Shown here in pieces: positions 38,151 through 48,200 of a DNA stretch of 64,000 nt. How positions within the stretch are numbered: the stretch's first letter is position 1; the number at the start of each line of letters is the position of its first letter. The position numbers were made by a program, and so were the translations under genes. The DNA lies in the NCBI GenBank assembly GCA_965205485.1, contig OZ242180.1, positions 4,832,001 to 4,896,000 of the forward strand, in the 5' to 3' direction. Source of the stretch: Candidatus Latescibacterota bacterium. Its GTDB lineage: Bacteria; Latescibacterota; UBA2968; GCA-2709665. The notes beneath the pieces are model-generated. The model did no database searches. It was not told where the DNA came from and saw nothing but the letters and a program-made list of their open reading frames with translations.

Positions 38151-39175
38151 ACGTCCCCCATCGTTGACATGCTGATTTCGCGGCCCGCTTCAAGCGAAGC
38201 ATCGACCGCGGATGCCACCCGGACGACCGCCAGCCCGTCCCGCGGCGTGATCAGCGGCTTCCACAGGTCCCGTACCACACCCGCGAAGTGGCGTATCAGC
38301 GAGCGCGACATCCCCTCGGTCTGCCCGTGGACGTCCGGCGCGACGGATGTGTCCGGATACGCGACGTCGCCGCCGCGGTAGACCGCAATACCGGTTTCGT
38401 ACGGAAGCACCTCCACCGCGCCGGCCGTGCCGCGTATGGTAAACAACTGGTTCTGCGGCCGTCCCGCCCCCGTCGGCGAACCCCATACGTTTTCGAGGAC
38501 GGCAACGGCGCCGCAGTCGAAGGTCATCACGACGACGATGAGGTCCTGCCGGCCGCGCCCGCCGGACCGGGCGTAGGCCCTCACCCGGTCGACCGCGCTG
38601 CCGTTCGTCCACAGCGCCAGATCGATGTCGTGGGGTAGCAGCCAGTACGCAAGGGGAAAACGGCCGAGTACCCGATCTACCGCTCCCGGCTGCGAGGACC
38701 TGCGGCTGTAGATATGGAGGACCTCGCCGACGTCGCCGCGGGCGACGGCCTGCCGCATTTCGGCGAAACGGGGGTCGAAACGCAGGCTGTGGCATACCAT
38801 GAGATGAACGCCGGCACGGCCCGCATCGTGAACCATCCGGACGGCATCTGAAGGAGACGTCGCCAGCGGCTTTTCCACCAGGACATGCTTCCCGGACGCC
38901 AGGCAGGCGCCAACCGGGTCGGCGTGCGCCCATTCGGACGTGGCAACGACGACCGCTTCGATCTGCGGATGGTCGGCGAGCATGTCGCGGTAACGCGCGC
39001 CGGTATAGAACGGCACCCGCAATTCCGTCGCGACGGCTCGGGCGGTGACCTCGCCATGACCGCATACGGCCACCAGCTTCGTCAGCGCGCACTGATCGAG
39101 GATCCGGGCATAAAGCCCGCCCATCCTGCCGGGGCCGATTACGGCGACGCCCAATGGTTCTGCCGGTTTTGCCAT
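38147..39175 (-). CDS. Gfo/Idh/MocA family oxidoreductase
   Basis: VIGPGRMG, GKHVLVEKPLA, RFDP, HDID. Confidence 0.88.
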   Translation of the reverse strand: MAKPAEPLGVAVIGPGRMGGLYARILDQCALTKLVAVCGHGEVTARAVATELRVPFYTGARYRDMLADHPQIEAVVVATSEWAHADPVGACLASGKHVLVEKPLATSPSDAVRMVHDAGRAGVHLMVCHSLRFDPRFAEMRQAVARGDVGEVLHIYSRRSSQPGAVDRVLGRFPLAYWLLPHDIDLALWTNGSAVDRVRAYARSGGRGRQDLIVVVMTFDCGAVAVLENVWGSPTGAGRPQNQLFTIRGTAGAVEVLPYETGIAVYRGGDVAYPDTSVAPDVHGQTEGMSRSLIRHFAGVVRDLWKPLITPRDGLAVVRVASAVDASLEAGREISMSTMGDV

Positions 39176-39254
39176 AGGATTCCCGAGAATGCGTTGGAGT
39201 CACGTCGCGAGGGATGCTGAACGCGGTCTCTTCGACAACCCGTCAGGAGGGTTT

Positions 39255-40691
39255 ATGCTGCGCACGGCGATCGGCTTTCTGCTTTTCACCCTGTATGCAA
39301 ATGGCATAATCCCGGTTGCGGCCGACGAACCGTCGACCGACGGCCGGGCACTCTATGTCCAGTACTGCGCGACCTGTCACGGACAGAACCTGGAGGGCGT
39401 CACGGCGCCCAGTCTGATCGACGGTGTCTGGATCTACGGCGGACGGGGGAACATCGCCCGCAACATCATGTTCGGCATCGTCCAGCAGGGGATGCCCGCG
39501 TTCGGAGAAGCGCTCACGCGAAAGCAGATCAACGCCATCTCGGCATTCATCCGGGAGGCCGAAAAATCGGCGGGCGCCACAAAACCGCCCATTCCCGACA
39601 CACTCGACACCTACGACTACCGCATCCGCGTGGAACGCTGGGTTGAGGGCCTTCGGCTCCCATGGTCGATCGCGTTCCCGGACGCCGCCACCGCGCTCAT
39701 CACCGAGCGGCCCGGAAGGCTTCGCGTGGTGAGAAACGGCGTACTGCACCCCGATCCCGTCACAGATACGCCACCGGTTCTGCACCAGGGCCAGGGCGGC
39801 CTTATGGATGCGGCCGTCGATCCCGCCTATCCGGAAAACGGCTGGATCTACCTGTCTTACAGCCACGCGCTCGGGGATACCGCAGAAGGCGGCCGACCAC
39901 CGGCGATGACGCGCCTCGTACGGGGGCGAATGAAGGACAATGCCTGGATTGATCAGCAGGTCGTCTACGAAGCGCCGCACGAGACCTACGACAGGACCCG
40001 CCACCATTACGGCTGCCGCATCGTCTTCGATCCTGAGGGGTATCTCTATTTCCCCGTCGGAGACCGGGGAATTCCCCGGTACGCACAGGACCTGGGACAC
40101 CCCGGCGGCAAAATCCACCGTATCCACCGGGACGGTCGAATTCCCGATGACAACCCCTTTCTGAAACGGGAAGGCGCCCTTCCCAGCATTTACAGCTTCG
40201 GCCAGCGAAACCCGCAGGGCCTGGCCGTACATCCGGTTACAGGCGCGTTATGGGAGAGCGAGCACGGGCCGATGGGCGGCGATGAGATCAACCTGATAAG
40301 GGCCGGGATCAACTATGGCTGGCCGACGATCACCTACGGGCGAAACTACAACGGGACGCCTGTATCGGAATTCGAGAGCAAGCCCGGCCTGGAGCAACCC
40401 GTTCTGTTCTGGCGGCCCTCCATCGCGGTGTGCGGCATCGACTTCTATCGCGGCGACCTTTTTCCGAAGTGGAAGAACCGCCTGCTCGTGGGCGCTCTTG
40501 CTTTTGAGGAAGTTCGCCTCCTCACGATCGAGAACGACCGTGTGATCTACCAGGAAACCATCCTCAAGAATGCCGGCCGCGTGCGCGACGTGGCAAGCGG
40601 ACCCGACGGGGCCATCTACGTCGTTTTGAACAACCCCGGAACCGTACTACGCCTGACACCCGTCCAGCATGAAGACCCGAACGAATTCTGA
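39255..40691 (+). CDS. PQQ-dependent (Sdh/GSDH-type) sugar dehydrogenase with N-terminal cytochrome c
   Basis: Signal peptide, CATCH heme motif with GMPAF, ITERPGRL, GQGGLMD, RNPQG, HGPMGGDE, GRVRDV. Confidence 0.9.
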   Translation: MLRTAIGFLLFTLYANGIIPVAADEPSTDGRALYVQYCATCHGQNLEGVTAPSLIDGVWIYGGRGNIARNIMFGIVQQGMPAFGEALTRKQINAISAFIREAEKSAGATKPPIPDTLDTYDYRIRVERWVEGLRLPWSIAFPDAATALITERPGRLRVVRNGVLHPDPVTDTPPVLHQGQGGLMDAAVDPAYPENGWIYLSYSHALGDTAEGGRPPAMTRLVRGRMKDNAWIDQQVVYEAPHETYDRTRHHYGCRIVFDPEGYLYFPVGDRGIPRYAQDLGHPGGKIHRIHRDGRIPDDNPFLKREGALPSIYSFGQRNPQGLAVHPVTGALWESEHGPMGGDEINLIRAGINYGWPTITYGRNYNGTPVSEFESKPGLEQPVLFWRPSIAVCGIDFYRGDLFPKWKNRLLVGALAFEEVRLLTIENDRVIYQETILKNAGRVRDVASGPDGAIYVVLNNPGTVLRLTPVQHEDPNEF

Positions 40692-40724
40692 ACCGGACGC
40701 CGATCCCGCGGAAGCCCTCGCGTT

Positions 40725-41552
40725 TCAACCCTCGGCCAGGCCTTCGAGAATACCCTTCAGGTAGCCGATGCTTCTTGCCGCAATCGTCTCCGGGTCCGGT
40801 TCGAAATCGAACACTTCAACCGACACATAGCCGCTGTAGTGCATTTCCCTGAGCTTCTTCAATATGGGGGCGAACTGAAGCTCGCCGAATCCCGGTCCGC
40901 GCAAATTGGGGTCGTTCACGTGCACGTGCCGCATCGCACTTCCCGCCCGGTCGATGACCTCGGGATGGGACATGGCCTCCGTAGAAGCCGCGCGGCAGTC
41001 CACCATGGTCTGAAAATTCGGATGCCCGACGGCCTCGACCAGCTTCAGAGCTTCGGCCACACCGGTCACGAAATTGGTCTCCTGGTCCGTCAGCGGCTCT
41101 ATACAATAGGTAACGCCCCTTTGTGCCATCAGATCAGCGCACCCGGCGAACAGCTCCGCGGCGCGGGCAAAGCAGTCGTCGGCGTTCCATCCCTCCTGAA
41201 TATTCCGCTGCTGCGGAGAGCCGTGAATCATCACGCGTCCTCCGAGGTCGCCGCAGAAATCGATCAGCGCTTTCACGTAATCCTGCGTGCGCTGCCACAC
41301 CCGGCGGTCCGGATGGTTGATGTACAGCCCGGCGGGTTTTACGAGCAGCCAGTGCAGCCCCACGATCTCCACGCCCGCCGCTTCCGCCGCCTGTCTGATG
41401 TCCCGCCGCCGGACCGATGAAATGTCGTGTGCGGACTCCGCCAGGGTGAATGGCGCGATCTCCACCCCGTCGCATCCGATCCGGGCGGCATAGTCGAACA
41501 CGCGCTCGATCTCCCAGCCCTCGAAAAACTCGTTGCAGACCGCAAGTTTCAT
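40725..41552 (-). CDS. Sugar phosphate isomerase/epimerase (xylose isomerase-like TIM barrel)
   Basis: GVEIAPF, IEPL...ETN, HVHVND, YVSVEVF. Confidence 0.88.
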   Translation of the reverse strand: MKLAVCNEFFEGWEIERVFDYAARIGCDGVEIAPFTLAESAHDISSVRRRDIRQAAEAAGVEIVGLHWLLVKPAGLYINHPDRRVWQRTQDYVKALIDFCGDLGGRVMIHGSPQQRNIQEGWNADDCFARAAELFAGCADLMAQRGVTYCIEPLTDQETNFVTGVAEALKLVEAVGHPNFQTMVDCRAASTEAMSHPEVIDRAGSAMRHVHVNDPNLRGPGFGELQFAPILKKLREMHYSGYVSVEVFDFEPDPETIAARSIGYLKGILEGLAEG

Positions 41553-41636
41553 AGCCGGTACCTCCAGGGTTCGGGAACACAAACGGGGCGCGACGGCCGG
41601 GCCGGATTCCGCAACAGTTCGGCGCCGACAAAATCC

Positions 41637-41665
41637 TTGACAGAATACCCGGATTTCTCTAACAT
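41637..41665 (+). promoter_or_regulatory. Sigma-70 promoter for ABC ATPase
   Basis: TTGACA-N17-TAACAT. Confidence 0.6.
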
Positions 41666-41713
41666 AAACGGGCTATCATCAAAATTCAAGAAAAACGTTC
41701 AGGAGAAGCCGTT

Positions 41714-42502
41714 ATGGCGCAGGCGCCGGACCCCCGATCCGCAGATCAGGAAAACGAAGACCACATCATCGAGGTGCATGACGTCTGGAAAACCTACTCG
41801 ATGGGAGACCAGGAAGTCCACGCGCTTCGCGGCGTCTCGTTGAACGTCATCCGGGGCGAGTACCTCTCCATCATGGGTCCCTCCGGTTCCGGCAAGACAA
41901 CGCTTTTCAACATGGTTGGCGCCCTGGATCGCCCCTCCAGGGGTAATGTCGTCGTCAATGCAATCGAAATGGGATCGCTCAGCCAGGCGCAGATCGCCTA
42001 TCTGCGCTGCCACAATATCGGTTACATTTTCCAGAGCTTCAACCTGATCCCCGTAATGACCGCCCTGGAGAACGTCGCGCTCCCCATGGTTTTTTCAGGT
42101 ATGAAAAAGTCGGAATACGAAGAAAAGGCCGCTCACAAACTCACTCAGGTGGGTCTGGGTGAACGCCTGAAGCACAACCCTTACGAACTCTCGGGAGGGC
42201 AACAGCAGCGCGTGGCCATCGCCCGCGCCATTGCCAATGACCCGGACCTGGTACTGGCGGATGAACCCACGGGCAACCTGGACCTCAAGACCGGTCAGGA
42301 GATCATCGAGTTGCTGCAGAGACTCCAGTCCGACAGCGGTGTCACCATCGTCACGAACACGCACGACCACAAGATGCTGGTGGCGTCCGACCGGGTTGTG
42401 GACCTGCGGGACGGACAGGTGGAACTGGTGCGGAGGCGGGATGAGATCGACATTCAGGAAGGACGGATCGAAGGGCTGGATATCGAAGAATTGAGCAACT
42501 GA
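41714..42502 (+). CDS. ABC transporter ATP-binding protein (LolD/MacB type)
   Basis: [35 protein letters not shown]-loop. Confidence 0.95.
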   Translation: MAQAPDPRSADQENEDHIIEVHDVWKTYSMGDQEVHALRGVSLNVIRGEYLSIMGPSGSGKTTLFNMVGALDRPSRGNVVVNAIEMGSLSQAQIAYLRCHNIGYIFQSFNLIPVMTALENVALPMVFSGMKKSEYEEKAAHKLTQVGLGERLKHNPYELSGGQQQRVAIARAIANDPDLVLADEPTGNLDLKTGQEIIELLQRLQSDSGVTIVTNTHDHKMLVASDRVVDLRDGQVELVRRRDEIDIQEGRIEGLDIEELSN

Positions 42503-42528
42503 GACACAGCGGAGCCCAACAAGAAACG

Positions 42529-42557
42529 AGGCGTTCGTCTGAACGACGAACGCCTTT
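42529..42557. terminator. Terminator between convergent genes
   Basis: AGGCGTTCGTC-TGAAC-GACGAACGCCT-TT. Confidence 0.6.
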
Positions 42558-42602
42558 CCTGTATACCGTTTTCCGCAGCGACTCGCAAAGCCGATCCGGG
42601 AG

Positions 42603-42794
42603 TCACTCCTCGGCCCGATCGCCGGCCGGGCCGTAAAGCAGGTCGTAGTAACCGTTCTGCTCGAGACGGCGGATCATTTCGCGAATAATGGCGGCGTCCA
42701 CGCGGAACATATCGGCAATCTCAGGCGGCGTCCGGCCTTCTCTGACCAGTTCGATCAGGCGGTCGCGGCTCACAATGAGTTCGGGAACGGCCAT
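42603..42794 (-). CDS. Small hypothetical helix-turn-helix protein (63 aa)
   Basis: LIELVREGRTPPEIADMFRVDAAIIREMIRRL, HTH-like pattern. Confidence 0.6.
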   Translation of the reverse strand: MAVPELIVSRDRLIELVREGRTPPEIADMFRVDAAIIREMIRRLEQNGYYDLLYGPAGDRAEE

Positions 42795-42844
42795 CGACGT
42801 GCTCCGGATCCGTGGAACTATCAGGGTGTTATTGTGGAAACAAA

Positions 42845-42920
<76 letters not shown>

Positions 42921-43144
42921 TCCATTTCTCGGGAAAATGCATTGTTCCCGTTGTACGACAAAGGCGGGAATCTAACAAAACAAGGCACGGATGTCAAGAC
43001 AGTTGCGATTGTTTAAGGCGGTATGGCCGTATGGTCAGGTCTGCGAATACGGACCACGCGCAACCGGTCCGCCCGACAGTTTGACGCGCATATCCGATCA
43101 CGTCATCAGGCCGGAACGAAGCCTGCTCGAGAGAGTGCCGATCG

Positions 43145-45151
43145 ATGGCCGGCGCTGAACGAACAGCCGAAGCAATTGAACCGAACGCGGCTCCCGCCGG
43201 GTCAGCGGGCGGGGTCACGGTCCGGTCCGTGGTTTCCGGCCTGTTGCTCGTCCTGGGGCTGGACGCCCTGGCGGTCCACCTCCGGTACGTCGTGCACGGC
43301 TCGCTGATGACGTACAGCCATGTGCCGATGGCCATGCTCATCGTGTTTGTACTGATGATCATGGCCGGCGCGCTCCTGGCGCGGATTTCCGGATGGAAGC
43401 CTGCACCGGCGGAATGGCACGTCATTCTGGCGATGGGCGTCGTCGGCGCGGCCGTTCCCGGCTTCGGTCTGAGCGGCTATCTGCTTGGGTACATCGCATC
43501 CCCGTACTATTTCGCGACCGAAGTCAACGAATGGCATATCTACCTGCATCCGTACATCAACACCTGGCTGATCCCTTCAGACGAAAACAAGGCCGTCACC
43601 TGGTTCTTCGAAGGCGCACCCAAAGGCGCGCAGGTCCCCTGGGATGCCTGGGTGCTTCCGCTGTTGTGGTGGACCACGTTCATCGTCGCGGCGTTCGTGG
43701 TTCTCGGATGCGTCGCCGTCGTCTTTCGCAGACAGTGGGTACAGAACGAACGACTGGCGTTTCCGGCGATGGCGCCCCTGATCCACATGGCGGAAGAACC
43801 CGGCAGCGGAAGATTCGCACTCCCTGATTTCACGAAGAACTACCTGTTCTGGATCGGCTTCGGGCTGGCCTTCGGAATGATCGCCTGGAACTGCATCAAC
43901 TATTTCCTGCCCGGCTTTCCACGGTTTCCGGTCTATCGGGGCCGTTGGCTCTGGATCGACCGCCAGCATCCGCCCGCCTATTTCTTCATCGGTCTGTTTA
44001 CCATCTTCTTCTCCTATTTCGCCAGCCTGGACGTTCTGTTCAGCATCTGGTTCTTCGACCTGCTGTTCATTTCCGAAGGCGGCTGGCTGCACCGCCGGGG
44101 GTTTACGGCCATATCGCCGTACTATTACCGCGGCGTTTATTACTGGCAGACCAAGGGCGCATTCGCCATGCTGGCCGCCTCGGTCTTCTGGGTTGCCAGA
44201 CGCCACATCATGGATGTGTTCCGCAAGGCCTGGAACCGGGATCATCCGATGGACGACCGGGACGAACCGCTCTCCTGCCGTACGGCCGTCGTCGCCCTGC
44301 TCGTTGGGCTCGCGTTCATGTGGCTCTGGCTCTGGCGCATCGGCTTCGACCCGCTTCTGGCGGCCCTGCTCCTTCCGGCGGTCATCTTCACGTATGTCGG
44401 CCTGGCCAAGATTCTCGCGGAGACCGGCATGCCGTACACCAACGTGCCGGCGGGTCCGTGGGGTCTCGTGTCGCCATTCATCGGGTCATCGACCGTCAAC
44501 GAAAGCACACGGGTCGCCCTCCGGTTCGCGTCCAGGATCACCTCCCACTTCAAGGGGCTCTTCCTTCCCGCCCTCGCACACGCCGGGCGCGTTGCGGAAG
44601 GCGTCCGGGGCGGCCGGCGGCGTCTTGCGTATGCCGTCGTCCTGGCCTTTCTGGTCAGTTGGATCGCGAGCGTGCTGCTCACGATCCAGCTGGGATACCG
44701 GGACGGCGCCTACAATTTCAACTCCTGGGAAATCGTGCGCGCGGGGCCCAAGCATTTCGAAGGCACCGCGACGTCCGTCAAGAACTTCCTTACTAAACCG
44801 CCCGATCCGCCCGTCTACCGCGAACATCCCGACTATATGGTGTTTTTCGGCCTGGGCGGCCTGGCCACGCTCCTGCTCATTTTTCTGCGTCACCGTTTCG
44901 TCTGGTGGCCGTTGCATCCCGTCGGACTGGCCATATCCGGTTCGTACCTGGCCCGGCGAACCAGCCTGACGATATTGCTGGCCTGGCTGGTCAAACTGGT
45001 CATGCTGAAGATGGGCGGTCCTTCCGTATACAGGAAATCACGTCCCCTGTTCATTGGCCTGCTCGCCGGCTATATACTCGGAGTCGCCCTCTCGGCCTTC
45101 ATCGACGTCCTGTGGTTCCCGGAACGGGGCCACAGCGTTCATCGCTTCTGA
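43145..45151 (+). CDS. DUF6785/DUF6784-type polytopic membrane protein (OPT-like)
   Basis: Many TM segments; RRQW...ERLAFP, AETG, WWPLHPVG, PLFIGL motifs. Confidence 0.72.
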   Translation: MAGAERTAEAIEPNAAPAGSAGGVTVRSVVSGLLLVLGLDALAVHLRYVVHGSLMTYSHVPMAMLIVFVLMIMAGALLARISGWKPAPAEWHVILAMGVVGAAVPGFGLSGYLLGYIASPYYFATEVNEWHIYLHPYINTWLIPSDENKAVTWFFEGAPKGAQVPWDAWVLPLLWWTTFIVAAFVVLGCVAVVFRRQWVQNERLAFPAMAPLIHMAEEPGSGRFALPDFTKNYLFWIGFGLAFGMIAWNCINYFLPGFPRFPVYRGRWLWIDRQHPPAYFFIGLFTIFFSYFASLDVLFSIWFFDLLFISEGGWLHRRGFTAISPYYYRGVYYWQTKGAFAMLAASVFWVARRHIMDVFRKAWNRDHPMDDRDEPLSCRTAVVALLVGLAFMWLWLWRIGFDPLLAALLLPAVIFTYVGLAKILAETGMPYTNVPAGPWGLVSPFIGSSTVNESTRVALRFASRITSHFKGLFLPALAHAGRVAEGVRGGRRRLAYAVVLAFLVSWIASVLLTIQLGYRDGAYNFNSWEIVRAGPKHFEGTATSVKNFLTKPPDPPVYREHPDYMVFFGLGGLATLLLIFLRHRFVWWPLHPVGLAISGSYLARRTSLTILLAWLVKLVMLKMGGPSVYRKSRPLFIGLLAGYILGVALSAFIDVLWFPERGHSVHRF

Positions 45152-45238
45152 TCGGCGTCCGCCGGCGTATGTCCGGGATCGGAACCCGGGCACCCGCAAC
45201 GGTAGTGGTACTGCAGAAACCTTGATCAGGATGACTCA

Positions 45239-48200
45239 ATGAAAACCCGTACACGCATCGGTCTTGCACTGGCGCTTCTCTTCGCCGTCGGGGCCTTCGC
45301 CGGCCTTGCGGTGGGACCGGAACGCGTCAACCCCTACCTTGCCGCAATCCTTGGACTCCATGCGCCCGTTGCCCCACCGGCCCCTTCCGTTCCGGAAGCG
45401 AACGCCACTTCGGTTCGCGTACTCGATACCGTATCGGACGCCGGCGTGAGGTCGCACGTTGCCCGCTTTACGGAACACCGGTCGCGAGTTCCCGGATACC
45501 CCGGACACGCCGCTGCCGCGGAATACATCCGGCGCAGTTTCGAGAGCGCCGGTCTCCGGGACGTTCGCACCGAGCCGTTCGACGTCACCTCGCCCGTTGA
45601 CAAGGGCGGCAGCGTGTCGCTGTTGCGGGACAATGTCACGTTTCCCATCCACGCGATCTGGCCGAACCTCGTCAAAACCTCCACACTGCCGCGCGAAGGG
45701 GTCCGCACGCGGTTGATCTACGGCGCGACCGGGGAATTCGCCGACTTCAACGGTCATGCGCTCGAGGGCGCGGCCGTTCTCATGGAATTCAATACGCGGA
45801 ACAACTGGCTGAACGCGGCCACGCTGGGTGCGGGGCAGATCATCTTCATCGAACCGGATTCAACCTTCTATACCGAAGCCGAGCAGAAATTCCTGCAGGT
45901 GCCCAACAGCGTGGAACGATTCTGGATCGATAAAGCGTCGGGACAGGCTCTCAAGTCAATGCTCGAACAACGCGGCGAGATTGAAATCGAACTGCATGCG
46001 AGAATGGAGTGGGAGAAACAAACCGCCCACAATATTATGGGCTTCCTTCCGGGTTCCGATCCGATCCTGAAGGAACAGATCGTCGTGATCAACGCGTACT
46101 ACGACGCCATGTCCGTCGTCCCGGCACTGGCGCCCGGCGCCGAGATGGCCAGCGGCGCCGTCGCCCTGCTGGAGCTGGTCAACTATTTCAAACGATATCC
46201 CCCGAGGCGCACCGTGCTCTTTCTGGCCACTTCGGCCCACCACCTGGGCTTTCGCGGCATCTGCGATTTCCTGGGCCGCCACGCCAGAAAGGAGAGGCAT
46301 TTCGCGGCCCTGATGACCGACCCCATCGACATCCGGCTCTTCATCGGCCTGGACCTGTCGAGCCAGACCGCTCAAATCGGCGTCTGGAACAGTACGCGCA
46401 ACTTCTACTACAACCGGTTCTTCACACCCTTCGGAAAGAAATTCGTCCGCATCTCTCAGGCGATCGCACCCGCCTTCGGCCTCGACCCCGATCAGGCGCT
46501 GCTGGACGGCATCAATCCCACGGGCGGAATGACCTGGGACATGTTCATCCCCGGCGCGAACCTGAAGACCGACGGCGAAGTCGTCCTCGAAGCCGGCACG
46601 CTCGCCCTGTCCCTGGTCACGCTGAACGATGCCCGTTTCCGGGTCGATACGCCCCTGGACCGGCCGGAAGGGGTCAACTTCGGAAATCTCGCAAAACAGG
46701 TCCGCCTGATCACGGGCGTGCTGGATATCGCCCTGAACGACCCGACGCTGATCCCTGATTACCGGCTCAATCCCGACGACCGGATGCGCGGCCTGAAGGG
46801 GTTCGTGCGTACCTTTCCCAGGCGCAGCATCGTACCGGACCGGCCCAAGGCGGGCGCCATTGCCGCGCTCAGGATGGGCATCGACAAATCGGTCAAGGGC
46901 GTCCGGCGCATCTATTACGATCTTGCCGACGAAAACGGTGAATTCTACATGCCGGGAATCGCCGAACGCCGCGTCTCCGTCAGCGCCTACTTTCAGGATC
47001 CGGAGACCGGTGAGATCACGTACGCGCCGAACTACGGGCAGCAGGCGCGGATCTACCGCGGCGACTTCGACATGGACTGGTGGATCTCCAAGAGAAATAT
47101 CATCCTCTTTCCCTGTATCGCCACCGACTTCTACGATACGGTCGATCCGCGTTTCCTCACCAAACTCTCCCAGATCAGCGTCTACGGTAGCGGCAACGTC
47201 ACGCCGCAGGAATACGGGTACGCGATCGGCTTCGGCCCGACGGAACCCGTGGGTACCCTGTTCACGCGTCCGGGAGAGAGAATCAAGGTCGCGATGAGGG
47301 CCGGCGGCGTCGCGGCGGGCTCCGGCGACATCGGCATCCGCTTCCTGCTGCTCAATGCGACGAGCGCCGAGAGTGAAGAAATCGCCAGGGGCACGGGTTA
47401 TCCCACGCTCACCCACGGGTCGTTTGCGCGCACCTCCTTTCTGGCCGCGCGTGACATGTGGACCCTTAACGAAGCCCGGAAGCAGGAGATGCAGAAATAC
47501 GCCATTGAAAACCAGCGTCTGAACATGCTGCACGGCCAGGCCCGCCTCCACCTGGACATGGCCGAAGCCGCGATGTCCCAAAGTCGCTGGGACGTTTTCA
47601 TGAAACATACCCGCGCGGCCCTCGGCATCGAATCGCGCGCCTATCCGGACGTCAAGGACACGCAGAACGACGTGGTGCGCGGCGTCGTCTTTTTCATGGC
47701 CCTGGTCATCCCGTGCGCGTTCTTCGCCGAACGACTCATCTTCACCGCCGTGGACATCCGGCGACAGATCGCGGGATTTATCGGTATTTTCGTTCTCATC
47801 TGGGTCTTTCTTTCAAACGTGCATCCGGCGTTCGAGATCTCCAATCCCCTGGTCGTGCTGCTCGCCTTCGTCATTCTGGCGCTGGCGGTGTTCGTGATTT
47901 CCCTCGTTTTCAATCGTTTCAACGAAACCATGCGCCGGTTACGGGTCCCGGAAGTGCGTTTGCATGAAACCGACGTGGGTCGAATCTCCGCCTCCCTGGC
48001 GGCCTTTCAGCTCGGCATCGCAAACATGAAACGCCGCAAATTGCGCACGGCGCTTACGTTCACCACGCTCCTGCTCCTCACATTTACGGTTCTCTCGTTT
48101 ACGTCCATCACAACGGCTCTCGAATTTCGCCGGATTCCCCTGGGCACCGAGGGTCCGTACCCCGGAATGCTCATCCGCAGCAAGTTCTGGGGCCCGCTGG

